This document shows positions 20,624 to 31,060 of a stretch of 38,894 nt of DNA, piece by piece; the stretch's first letter is position 1, and every line of letters starts with the position of its first letter. The notes beneath the pieces are model-generated. The model was not told the origin of the DNA, did not search any database, and saw nothing but the letters and a program-made list of their open reading frames with translations. The DNA is from Chrysochromulina tobinii (lineage: Eukaryota). The translations under genes were made by a program, and so were the position numbers. Location of the stretch: assembly GCA_001275005.1 (NCBI GenBank), contig JWZX01003402.1, positions 1-38,894 on the forward strand, read 5' to 3'.

Positions 20624-21493
20624 ATGCGAATGGATGCGCGATGTGCGATGTCCAGCCTCGGAGATCGATGGGGCTCACCGCGCCACGCTGTTTCTACCAT
20701 GATGCAACCGCCTGACCTCGTGCATGTTGACCTCTTGCAACTCTACGAGTCCGCGGAGGCGTCCAACAGCCTGTTGACTGACATGGTCACAGCTTCCTTC
20801 CTCAACACGATGAGTGACTCCATTGCGCAGGCCACGGTGAAATCTTCCGGGTGGCCAGATGGGATGCGAACTGCTCGATTTAGTATCTTCGGCTTCATGG
20901 ACGGAGCGATGAGCCACGCCTGGTTTGGCCTACTCTACGCCGTCCTTGGAGATGGTGTAGGTCTCGAGGGGCAGGCCAAGGTCATCGACATCCTGTTGAA
21001 GCAGTTCGCTGAGGCGCTCGTGTACACGCCGTACTGGGCACTATGGTTCCTTTGTGCATTCTCGCTCCTAGAGGGACGTACGTTCCAAGAGATCCCACAG
21101 ATTGTACGAGAAAAATGGAAAGAGCTCTTCGTGGGAACTGCGGGCTTCTTCTTCCCAGTCACTTTGTACATGTACGCGTGCGTGCCTCAAGAGAAGCTCG
21201 TGCTCGCTTACTGCACGGGCACGCTGATCTTCACGATCGGCCTCTCCATCTGGAATGGCTCTCAAAGTCCTCAAGGCGATCTGCGCGCTTTGGACGAGGC
21301 GAACGCGAGTGTGTTGTCCGGAGAAGCTCAATCTGATCTCGAAGTGCGAGGCATCGCTCTGGTTGGAGGACCCGATACATTTGCTCCGGCGGCGGCGGCG
21401 GCGACGGCGGCGGCGGCGGCGGCGGCGGCGGTCCCCATCGAAGAGCTTGCCGACATATATGGTGTCGCAGCTTCAATGATTGATGGGCTTTGA
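20624..21493 (+). CDS. Mpv17/PMP22 family membrane protein
   Basis: TASFLNTMSDSIAQ, RTARFSIFG, HAWFGLL, KQFAEALVYTP, YACVPQEK and four hydrophobic segments. Confidence 0.8.
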   Translation: MRMDARCAMSSLGDRWGSPRHAVSTMMQPPDLVHVDLLQLYESAEASNSLLTDMVTASFLNTMSDSIAQATVKSSGWPDGMRTARFSIFGFMDGAMSHAWFGLLYAVLGDGVGLEGQAKVIDILLKQFAEALVYTPYWALWFLCAFSLLEGRTFQEIPQIVREKWKELFVGTAGFFFPVTLYMYACVPQEKLVLAYCTGTLIFTIGLSIWNGSQSPQGDLRALDEANASVLSGEAQSDLEVRGIALVGGPDTFAPAAAAATAAAAAAAAVPIEELADIYGVAASMIDGL

Positions 21494-22204
21494 CACTTAA
21501 TCCGCGCGACTCTGGTATTTTATGAAGGCCCCTTCATAGGCAATCGCTCGAACACATGTACAGTACTGATGTCGTTGAAAGGCATAGCAAACCATGTCTC
21601 GGTCTGCGCGTTTTTGGCGTTAATTGAGATCTCGGATACAGTCTGAGGAGTACACTTAATGACTTGAGTCTTGACCCCCAACAGGCCGGAAGACGGCCGG
21701 AAGGCGCGCGCGGCTTGCGGGCCTTGCGCGCGCGGCCGGGGGGGCGGGGGCGCGGTCTTCAGGCCCTCCCGTCTCGTGCAGTGTAGCAGTCACTGTTGCC
21801 CCACGGCAGGGAGGTGGGATAGCCGTCCTCGCGTCCGTTGAGCGCGCGGCGGAGGCCTCGCACGAAGATGCCACAAAGACACGATTAAGAGTTTAAGACT
21901 ATCGACAGACATGTTGTTCGATTGTCCGACGAGGGCGTGTGAGCGGCTCCTGTGGTGAGCGCGACTGTGGCCTGCGAGCTGCGACATTTACCGAGATCCC
22001 CGACACCGGAATAAGCAATAACGTCGCGTAATTGAATAGTTTATTGATGACATAATTTTTATTTCGGACCGCGCGCCGGGACGGCGCGCGGGAACGCTCG
22101 GCGCTCAGACTGCTTTGTCAGACTGGTTACAGTATCCGCGCTGCGCGCGCTCCCGCGTTCGTATGCGCCTAGTGCCTTCGGGGATACACAGTTACGCACT
22201 CGAC

Positions 22205-23354
22205 TTACGGTGCTGCGCGACTGCCGCACGTACTCGCAACCTCGTTGCGCGGTGTACACAGTTGACAGTACACATTTCCTTGACGATCGCGCACGAGATC
22301 GCGCTTCGAAGACTGACTGCCAGACTCGTTCGCAGCACATCTTGCGTACGATAAACACCGCTGGAGAGGTGACTTTGGGTCAGAAACGAATCGTTTGCTC
22401 ACACCGTTGAAATGGATGAGGGTAGGCCCACTGTCCTGGGCAATCGCGCATTCTTTACTGTAGGGGCCCAACCGCCTCCATCTGCCATCCTTGCTCCAGG
22501 ACCAGGACGAGGTGAATCTGGTTCCTAACAAGCACTTGTCTGGCCCGCAAATGATGCCACCAGCCCTCGTTGCATACGTTTGCCCGGAGTCATTGCGGCC
22601 AACTACGATCGATCCAGAGGCAAACAAGTGCTCATGTGAATCCAACACAATGGTCCCATTGCTTCGGAGCATCAAATTGGTTGCGACGCACTGGTCCTCA
22701 AGGCTTCCTAGACCAATTTTGTTGTTGACCAACTCCTTTCTGCAGACCGGCCGGCGGCCCAGGCCAGGCCGAGCCCACCTTGCGCCTGCCCACCATCCCT
22801 GCCAACCACCGCTGTAGATGCGGTGTCATGTCACGTGCTAGTCCAGCAAAGCCACCACTGTTCAGGTAGCGAGGGCAGCGCCATGGTAGCCGGTGGTGAC
22901 CTAGTTCCTCATACTGAGCCAAAACCTGCATCGAGCACGTCATCTCCTTCGGAACGAACTTCTTTCTATCTCCCCAAGGGGCCCAACAGATGGGCTCACC
23001 TTGGTAAACAATTCGGCCACGGGGTTGGTGAAGAAGAGCTGCCTCGAAACGCTTCATGAGTGCATCAGCAGACTCAATCACGTTGAAGATGGCATCGCTA
23101 TCGGAACAGATTAGAAGCTCCGCGGGCGGGGCACTTTGCGCGTACTCGTAGTAAGCCTCGACCTTCGTGATGAGCCCGTTCCAAGGCCTGCCGATGCACA
23201 CGTTTGTCAAGGTTACGTTTAGTTCTTGTTTGTTTGAAGCCGACGATGGTCGTGCCATGGGCCCATGGCGCCGCAGCAGTGCGTCAAATGTCTGCTCAAG
23301 CAAGCCACCTTTGCGTGTCTCACACGTCAGGAAGTGCACACGTACACCAGACAT
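22205..23354 (-). CDS. PLOD-type glycosyltransferase domain protein, split across two frames (short intron or frameshift)
   Basis: W.GLITKV, LLICSDSDAIF, GEPICWAP and RYLNSGGFAG in 22698-23354; EDQCVAT, IVLDSHEHLF and LIHFNG in 22205-22732. A GC-AG intron at 22785-22740 would join them in frame. Confidence 0.7.
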
Positions 23355-23456
23355 CGCCGCAGGGGATAATGTGCGCCCGGCGGCGACGCGACCCTAAGGC
23401 CTTGCTTGATTCAACCAAAAACTAAACATAGGTCCCGGTACCCGGTATACCGGTAA

Positions 23457-23645
23457 AAAGACGCCGGGGGAGCCGGGACACTCACGGGACACACACGGGA
23501 CACGCGGGCGCACTCAAAGGCACACGGACCACGCAGACGAACCTCACAACCATCCAAACCCACCAACAACACACATCCCGCACGTCAGCGCGAGCACGAC
23601 CGAAGCCGCGGCCGACTCAACAGCCACAGGCCCGGAGCCGACCGC
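23457..23645 (-). mobile_element. Dispersed repeat family A, copy 2 (truncated)
   Basis: Reverse complement of ~15884-16086. Confidence 0.75.
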
Positions 23646-23678
23646 TCAATACCCGGTATACCGGTACCGGATCCGGTG

Positions 23679-23906
23679 AAAAGACACCGGGGGGAGACGG
23701 GACACACATGGGACACACGTGCGCACAAGGGCACACGGATCACACAGACGAACCTCACAACCATCGAACCATCCCTGCAACCCACCAACGCACCTACACG
23801 GCACAAGCACGACCGCACGACGACCGAAACCGCGGCCGACTCAACAGCCGCAGCCCGGAGCCGACCGCACCCCGCGGCCGACTCAGAAAAGGCCGCCCCC
23901 AGCGAA
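23679..23906 (-). mobile_element. Dispersed repeat family A, copy 3
   Basis: Reverse complement of 15847-16086; in tandem with copy 2. Confidence 0.8.
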
Positions 23907-24190
23907 TTTACGTTTTCATGAGTGAGTGAGAGTGAGTTTCTCACTCACTCACTTAACACTAATTCGCAGACTCACTTACTTACCATGTTACATGTACTTA
24001 CACACTCACTCTACACTCACGTTTACATAATGAATAGATTCCTATTCACTCCCAGCCCCTCCTTTCTCATTGTGAATGGGGGCTCCCTCGCCGAGCGTGA
24101 GAGGCGCCGGACCGACTCCCCTGTGCGGGGTTATTCCAGTTCACAGCCAATGGTGTTAATGGTTTGGTCCGTGCCTCCTTGTGGACGCTC

Positions 24191-26570
24191 ATGGCCGGGA
24201 TCCACAGCAGTAACTTGGTTCATCCGGTTCCAATCATTTCCGGCACTCTGCTGAAAAGAAGCGCGACGAGCGTGTGCAACGCCACTCACACTCATTGGTG
24301 CTCGAGCTGCTCATGCGAGCGCCATGCTCGGCTGCTCAAGGGCCAGCTGCCCGATACTGGGATGGGCAATCGAATCAGCAAGTTACTCAGCTTTGCAGGC
24401 ATAAGTGAGTCCTTGGGTCGACACGTATTGGTGTTCTGGCCGACATTGGGTAATTGGGGGAGATTATCTCATAGAGGACGGCGCTTCTACGGTGGGCTCG
24501 AGGAGGTTCGCAGCCTCGTGCATCTACCACGGGCGCTACGCTGGATCGAGGATTGGCCGGCAGAGGAGTTGAATGGAAGCCATCCCAGCGAGGTGTTCGC
24601 ACAGCTCCCTATTGGTGCAGCTGATGAGATTCCAGTGATTCCGATTCGACACCTCGACTTTGGATGGGGACACCCCGAAGGAACCTGGTTTCACTGGCAG
24701 GTTTGGGCGAAGCGCAATCTGTGGCCACAGCCGTGCATTGGCCATGATGCCTTCGTGGCAAGCATGCGCAACGTGTTCCGGCAAATGCGGCCAAAGGTTG
24801 ACTTGGCCAACCCTCAACCGCGCTCGTATCTGGTGCTTCATTGGCGTCGTGGCGACCGCGGAGACACGTCGCTTCAGGACCCAGTTGCCTTCAACTTGAC
24901 GTGGACGTGTGCGCTCACGTTGATCGCACGACGTGGAGACTTGCCATGGCTGGTCCTCGCTGAAAACATTACCGAGGTTCCGGACATAGAGGAGCGGCTG
25001 CGGCAGCACGGTGCACACATCGTCCGACGTGAGTCCAAGGAAAAGCTGCGACGAGCACAAAATCACAGCGACGACGGCGACGGCGACGAGGATGGCTCCT
25101 CCGTGCGCCCTGTACTTCGCGACTTCTTTGCAGCGTCGGCTTCCGTGGGTATCCTCTTCTCGGGTACGCGCTGGGGCGATTGGATCGACAGCTCGTTCAG
25201 TTCGATGGCCGCACTCATTGGAGATGTGCCGCTACTCTTTCCGTACGCCGCATCCAATGGTGGCAACATCGCGTCAATGCAGGCTCTCGGAAACGTGAGC
25301 GGCGAAGCGCTCCACTCATACTTCTTCGCCGATCAGATCGACAGCTTCCTGGACGAGGTGGCCAAGACTGCGAGGCGGCCGTTTGCGGAAGACAACAGCC
25401 GGCTGCAGCCTGTGGCGCCTGCGGATGCAGAGCGCGAGAATCGATGCCCACTGCAACCGCAGAATCGCCAATTCAGAGCTCCTGGCGATTCAGCGCTGGC
25501 CATTCAGAAAGCTCCCCAAACTCTGATGGACAAAGGTGCAGTCGTCGTGGAGTATGCGGCAGCGATCGAGCTGCACGTCAACCAGCTGGCGAACGAACTG
25601 CAACGGTTGCCTTGCCATGGCTGCGCAGAATGGTTTCTCCGCAGGCACGTTGATAAATGGCGCTTCAATGCGGTTGCAGCTGAGCGAGCGAGACTACTTA
25701 AGCATGCGGAACTATTTGGCGAGTTTCTTCCCAATTCAACACGGCCCACCCTTCGCTCGAGTCCGTCACCAGGCTCGTACGTCGGGACGTTCTCTCCGTT
25801 TGACTATTGGGAAGCCGAGCACCCTTGCGCCTCCGACTCTCGTGTGCCTGCCTCATGTGATTGGTGATGGTGCCAAGTGGCTCTGTGCTGCAGCCTTGCA
25901 CCCAGCTCCATGTCAGATCGTGTCGCTTGGCTCGAATTTTGACGACTCATTCGAGCGTGCGATGCACACTCTCGCAAATTGTAGCAGCTACATTGTGGAC
26001 CCGACGCTGCAGCGAGGAGAAGCGATGCGCAAGTTTGAGCGGCAACTCGAGTCCTACGGTGCGACGCTGAATCACAGTGTTGGAATCGGCCGAGAGGGAA
26101 CTTTGCTGCGCGTCCGTACTCTCGATACCTCCCCGCCGGATGCCCTCGGGCCCAAGCAAGTTCAAGGCTGGGTGCCAATGGTATCTGTCGCGTCGCTCCT
26201 GCAGCATCGGTTTCCGGATGCCCCTTCCGCACACATCTCCGTGCTGAAGGTGGACATCGAGGGAACTGAGTACGACAGCCTGGATGGCTTGTGGAATCTA
26301 TGCGCCACCGGCCGGCTCACAGTCAGCCAGCTTAACATGGAGATTCATCTCCACGATAGACAGCCAATCAAAGCCTTGTACGCTTTGTTTGCAGGCGCGC
26401 GCAAATGTGGGCTCATTCTGCATCACAAGGAGGTCAATACTTGGGGCTCCCCAAAGTGGCCGTGTGCAGAATTTGCGTGGGTGGATCTGGAGCATGCGCA
26501 GCGTGCAGTGCACGCAGAGCGCGCTGCCTCTGCACTCCCACCTTGTTCCTTTGCGAGCTGCGCCTCATAG
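24191..26570 (+). pseudogene. Fucosyltransferase-like (GT-B) plus Methyltransf_22/FkbM-like fusion gene, frameshifted at ~25845-25852
   Basis: Frame 1: GMGNRI, YLVLHWRRGD, SSFSSMAALIG, then FDYWEAEHPC. Frame 2: IGDGAKWLC, IVSLGSNFDDSFE, VLKVDIEGTEY, QLNMEIH. Removing a duplicated TGCC fuses them. Confidence 0.65.
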
Positions 26571-26801
26571 ATGGCACGCAGGGAGGGCAGGCGCAGGGGC
26601 CGTCGCACGTGTCTCGATCTGAACGGGAGCAGTCCTCGTGCTCTTGAGAGTCCGATGATTTTGGTCACCTGTCTCGTTTCGTTTCGTGAACGAGTTATTT
26701 CCTGAAACCGCGTCGTGAGCCTAAACCTGTGGCTAGTGGCTTACCGGTATCCTTTTTACCGGTACCGATACCGGCAACCGTATACGGTACCGAGTCGCTC
26801 A

Positions 26802-27721
26802 ATGCTCGCACTCATCGCCATCACCAACGTTGGCGTCGGCGACAAGCTCATGCCGCACAACCCCGGTGGCGGCATGCAGGAGATGCGCGGGTTGACGACG
26901 CTGTGCTCACTCGGCTTCCGCCCGCAGCGGGTGCTCGACATCGGAGCAAATCGAGGCGATTGGACAAGAAGCGTGCTGACTATGTTTCCACACGCTCAAT
27001 TCGTGATGATCGAAGCGAATATCGAGCATGCGCAGAACGGTCGCTACCGCGACTTGCTGAGGCGCGGCAACGTGACCGCGCTGAGCGCCATCTTGCACGA
27101 CTCGTCGCATAACGTCACGTGGAACATGATGAAGAAGGGCAAGCCGGGGACCGGTGACAGCATCTTCCAGGAAAGGACGCGCCACTACTTCGCGAACGGT
27201 GTGCAGCTCGTCCGTCAGACGGTGAAGCTCGACGAGCTGCTGCGCCAACATCGCCTCTCCAATGCCTTCGATCTCGTCAAGCTCGACATCCAGGGTGCCG
27301 CTCACACAGTGCCCGCACACTCTCCACTGCGTCTGCCAAGGCTCACACAGCGCCTGCACTCTCCACCGCTTGCGTGTGACCTCTTCTCGCGCTATGTTGT
27401 GTGCACTATGGGTGTGATACAGGTGCCGAGGTCGCCGCGCTTCGAGGCGGGCTCGGGGTGCTCTCCCGCGCAGAGGTGGTGCAGCTCGAGCTGCCATTCG
27501 TGGGAGAGTACAATGTGGGTGCGCCGCGCTTTAGTGAAGGGATCAGCTTCATGGACGTGGTGGGCTTCTCGCCCTACGACATCGTCGAGCAGCATCGGCT
27601 ACCCACTACGGGTAAGCAGCTCTTTCAAATCGACGTGCTGTTTCTGCGCAAGACGTCGCCGATCATGCGGCGCGTGCAGGCGGACATTGACATGATCGGG
27701 GGGAAGCGACAACATGGCTGA
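26802..27721 (+). CDS. FkbM-family methyltransferase, 2 exons
   Basis: Exons 26802-27294 and 27423-27721 (792 nt). VLDIGANRGDW, FVMIEAN; the splice restores LVKLDIQG|AEVAALRG; ends QIDVLF. Confidence 0.88.
27295..27422 (+). other. GT-AG intron, 128 nt
   Basis: CAGG|GTGCCG...ATACAG|GTGCCG; removal restores the DIQGAE motif. Confidence 0.85.
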
Positions 27722-27858
27722 CGGCGACGCGTGCGGCAGCAGCGGGCCCCTAGCATCTCGTGCATGTATTAACAAAAAAATTCCGGCGCAGTCACGACCT
27801 TTTCAACTGTGAAATAACGGCGGACCACGTTTCTCGGGCGCCCGCCCCTAGACGCCAC

Positions 27859-29145
27859 ATGGCATCGCTCCAAGCACGCATAGCCGAACTGGCGCGGCAC
27901 CCAGCGACGGCCATTTCACTTCGAGACCTATACAAGGCCGGAAACAAACCGAGCCGGAGCATGCGCCTGCAGAATGCAATCTTTTTGCAGCGCGAGCTGC
28001 CGATACGGATGGCTCAGCGCATTGTGGAACTCCAGACGCTGCCGTTTGGCCTGAACCATTCGCCCCACATCCTGAAAGTCATCGGCTGGTACTCATCCTT
28101 CGTTGACACGATCACTTCGATGCCGCGCGTGTCTTCCGTCGACGACGAGGACCGCTTCACCAGTACGATCGATGCGCAGTTGCAGACGCCCAGCCTCGTC
28201 ACGGCGATGCTATCGGCGGCGGTGAGCCAGTCAGCCGCGTCGATCAACGACCCATCAACCGACAGCCGCCGGCAGCCGGCAACGCGCACGCAGCGGGTGG
28301 ACTTCATGCAGAAGGCGCTCGACCGCTTCTTCACCGCGCGGATCGGCCTGCGATTCCTGATGGAGCACCACGTGAGGATCAGCCGAGTCCAAGAGGAGAA
28401 CTGGTCGGGCATCATCCAGGCCAACTTCAACCCGGCCGACGTCGTGCGGCACGCCGCGGAAGATGCGCGCCACTTATGCGAGGACGAGTACGGGATCGCG
28501 CCCGAGGTCGAGGTGCGTATGGCGGACGTCGAGGATGAGCCGAGTGCGACACGCAACAATCGGCTCACGTACGTCCCAAGCCACATGCACTACATTTGCA
28601 CCGAGCTCCTCAAGAATGCCATGCGTGCCACGACGACGCGCCATCGGCGCGCGCCAGGGCATAATCTCCCGCCCATCGTGGTCACGATCGCCTTTGGCAA
28701 GGATACCCTCGGCGTGCGCATCTCGGACGAGGGCGGCGGCATTGCGTTGGCCGAGACCAACCGCGTGTGGCGGTACGCATACACCACCGCTCCCGTGCCG
28801 CTCATCGAGCTCGACGGCTCCGCAGACGCGCCACCTCAGACCCTCCGCCGCTCCGCGCTCGCTGGGTACGGCATGGGATTGCCGCTCAGCCGCTTGTACA
28901 GCCAATACCTCGGCGGGCGTCTCGACTTGCGATCGCTCGAAGGACACGGCACCGACTGCTTTCTGCATCTGCCGCGGCTGGGCGCGGCGTGCGAGACGCT
29001 GCCGGCGGTGGTGCGTGCGTCGCCCGCGGAGCGCGACTCGACGCCTGGCCCAGGTGGCCTCTCTTCCTATTCGATGAAGGCCGAGCTGAGCGAGTACGAG
29101 TACGCGGTGCTCAGCGAGAAGCTGGCCGAGATTCGGCACGATTGA
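27859..29145 (+). CDS. PDK: Mitochondrial pyruvate dehydrogenase kinase / BCKD kinase family
   Basis: FLQRELPIRMAQR, LDRFFTARIGLRFL, ELLKNAMRAT (N box), ISDEGGGI (G1), LAGYGMGLPLSRLY (G2), EGHGTD. Confidence 0.92.
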   Translation: MASLQARIAELARHPATAISLRDLYKAGNKPSRSMRLQNAIFLQRELPIRMAQRIVELQTLPFGLNHSPHILKVIGWYSSFVDTITSMPRVSSVDDEDRFTSTIDAQLQTPSLVTAMLSAAVSQSAASINDPSTDSRRQPATRTQRVDFMQKALDRFFTARIGLRFLMEHHVRISRVQEENWSGIIQANFNPADVVRHAAEDARHLCEDEYGIAPEVEVRMADVEDEPSATRNNRLTYVPSHMHYICTELLKNAMRATTTRHRRAPGHNLPPIVVTIAFGKDTLGVRISDEGGGIALAETNRVWRYAYTTAPVPLIELDGSADAPPQTLRRSALAGYGMGLPLSRLYSQYLGGRLDLRSLEGHGTDCFLHLPRLGAACETLPAVVRASPAERDSTPGPGGLSSYSMKAELSEYEYAVLSEKLAEIRHD

Positions 29146-29345
29146 AGAACTGACTGTAGCAATGCAGGTGCTTGGGTCAGCACGATTGCATGCGTGAGTT
29201 CTGATTTGCGACGGCTTTGCGAACTTTTTCTCTTCACACTCCTCCTGCCGTGTGGAGCAAGCCTCTCTGTGCCGCCCGTGTGGCGGTGACGCGACGGTCG
29301 ACAGGGGCGAGGCAGTCGCGAGCGAGCTCGGCTCTCGTCCGCAGC

Positions 29346-30701
29346 ATGTCGGACTTAATCGCATGGGCGCTTGACGTCACGCCCACACCAACGACTCAGC
29401 TGCTTCATGATGGACGTAGGGTCTCTTCTGCACAGCACGCACAGCCGCAGCCGCAGCCGCAACCGTCGCCGCAGCCGCAGCCGCAACCGTCGCCGCAGCC
29501 ACAGCCGTCGCCGCAGCCGCAGCCGCAGCCGCAACCGCAGCTGCAGCATCAGAGCCCACAGCAACCATCTGAGATCGGCGATGAGCGACAATCTTCTCCG
29601 CCGTTACCGCTCGTGAGCTGTGCGCTCTTTTGGGACTACGAGAACGTGAGCATCCCAAATCACGTGGTAGCTGCCGACGTATCCAACTCCCTGCGCCAGC
29701 TGGCGCTGCAATTCGGGCAGCTCACCCAGCGGCGCCTGTACCACGACCCTGCGAAACATCAAGGACTAACTGCGGAGAAGCGCACCGCGCTGGATCAGGC
29801 CGGGTTCACCCTCGTCGACTGCCCCTCACGCGGGTCGAAGGAGACTGTGGACAAGAAGATCATTGTGGACGTGATGCACTTTGCGATGAGCCGAGTGCAC
29901 TTGGGCGGGCGGACGTGCGTGGTGCTCGTGAGTAGCGATGGCGACTACGCGTACATGCTCTCGCTCCTGCGTGACCTGCGCGTGCACGTGGTGGTGGTGT
30001 ACCACGCGGGATGCGTCGCGCCTTCACTGATCGACGCGTGCGATACGGCTGTCGACTGGGAAGGGCAGATTCTCGTCTCGTGCCGTCATGCTGGCGACGA
30101 GGACGACAAGCAGGAGGCGGAGGCGCGCGAGGACCATCTGGCGCACCAGATTGAAGGGCGGCTGGCCGCCCTCGCACCCAAGCTGCAGCGCGCGCTCTCT
30201 TTGGGCAAGATGCGGAAGGCCGCCCTCCTCGGCCGGAAGATGGAGGTGCTCAGGACGAAGCTGCGAGTGCGCCCGAGGCAAATATCAAGGGGAGCAAGGT
30301 CTAGGGGAGCAGCAGCGGCGAGGGGGGCGGGCGTCTTGATCGACGCCGGCGACCTCCATCTGATTGAGCCTAGCTCTGCATTCGCAAGGTCGTGCGCACT
30401 GGAAGGTCGATTCGATGTGGAAGCGCTCCGCTTCGTCGATGGCGATGACTGTGACCATGACCACGCGTCGGGCGGCGGCGATGGCGGCGGCCATGGCGAC
30501 GACGTGGCAGAGGGCGAATTGTACATGGCTCTCGAGCCGTCCTGTGCGAGACGGATACGCGGGGTCGCCATTGCAAAACCTTTGAGGCTGGCCCGAGGCA
30601 GAGCTGCGAGGCTGACCAAAGCTGCGAGGAAAGCCAAGGGCGGTCGGATGAATCACATGAAAGCCAAGCTCAAACGGAAAGAAGGCAAGAAAGGACGCTA
30701 A
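29346..30701 (+). CDS. NYN-domain (PIN-like, MARF1/limkain-type) putative ribonuclease
   Basis: ALFWDYENV, KETVDKKIIVD, VVLVSSDGDY, LIDACD; N-terminal PQ repeat and basic C-terminal tail. Confidence 0.85.
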   Translation: MSDLIAWALDVTPTPTTQLLHDGRRVSSAQHAQPQPQPQPSPQPQPQPSPQPQPSPQPQPQPQPQLQHQSPQQPSEIGDERQSSPPLPLVSCALFWDYENVSIPNHVVAADVSNSLRQLALQFGQLTQRRLYHDPAKHQGLTAEKRTALDQAGFTLVDCPSRGSKETVDKKIIVDVMHFAMSRVHLGGRTCVVLVSSDGDYAYMLSLLRDLRVHVVVVYHAGCVAPSLIDACDTAVDWEGQILVSCRHAGDEDDKQEAEAREDHLAHQIEGRLAALAPKLQRALSLGKMRKAALLGRKMEVLRTKLRVRPRQISRGARSRGAAAARGAGVLIDAGDLHLIEPSSAFARSCALEGRFDVEALRFVDGDDCDHDHASGGGDGGGHGDDVAEGELYMALEPSCARRIRGVAIAKPLRLARGRAARLTKAARKAKGGRMNHMKAKLKRKEGKKGR

Positions 30702-31060
30702 ACCATTGCGAATTGGTTACATTTTCATGTGGAAGGGGAAACGTGAGTGAGTTTTATCAAACTTTTCCGGTGGGGTGTGCGTGGTCGTCCGAACCGGACC
30801 GGATCGTGCGGCAGTCTGCTTGTTCGCCGCCCCAAAATACTCGCTGCAGACGATACAGTCACTCTCGGCTGTACGAGTGTAGTCACCAGTGCCGCCACAA
30901 GCGATATCAACACATCTCAGCTCTCTCACAACACGCCCAACCCCTCAGTTCTCACAACACGCCCACCCTCTTCATTTCGCAGTGCTCCCACCCACTTAGT
31001 CCCGATGGGTTCAGACTGGCAAGTGACATAATCTATCTGCAACATCAGTTTTTGGCAGCC

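Noticed and set aside
27760..27900. PDK lacking a long mitochondrial presequence
   Set aside because: Short N-termini occur in plant/algal PDKs and an upstream exon cannot be excluded
29440..29545. (CAGCCG)n repeat as a separate element
   Set aside because: Simple coding PQ repeat within the NYN gene
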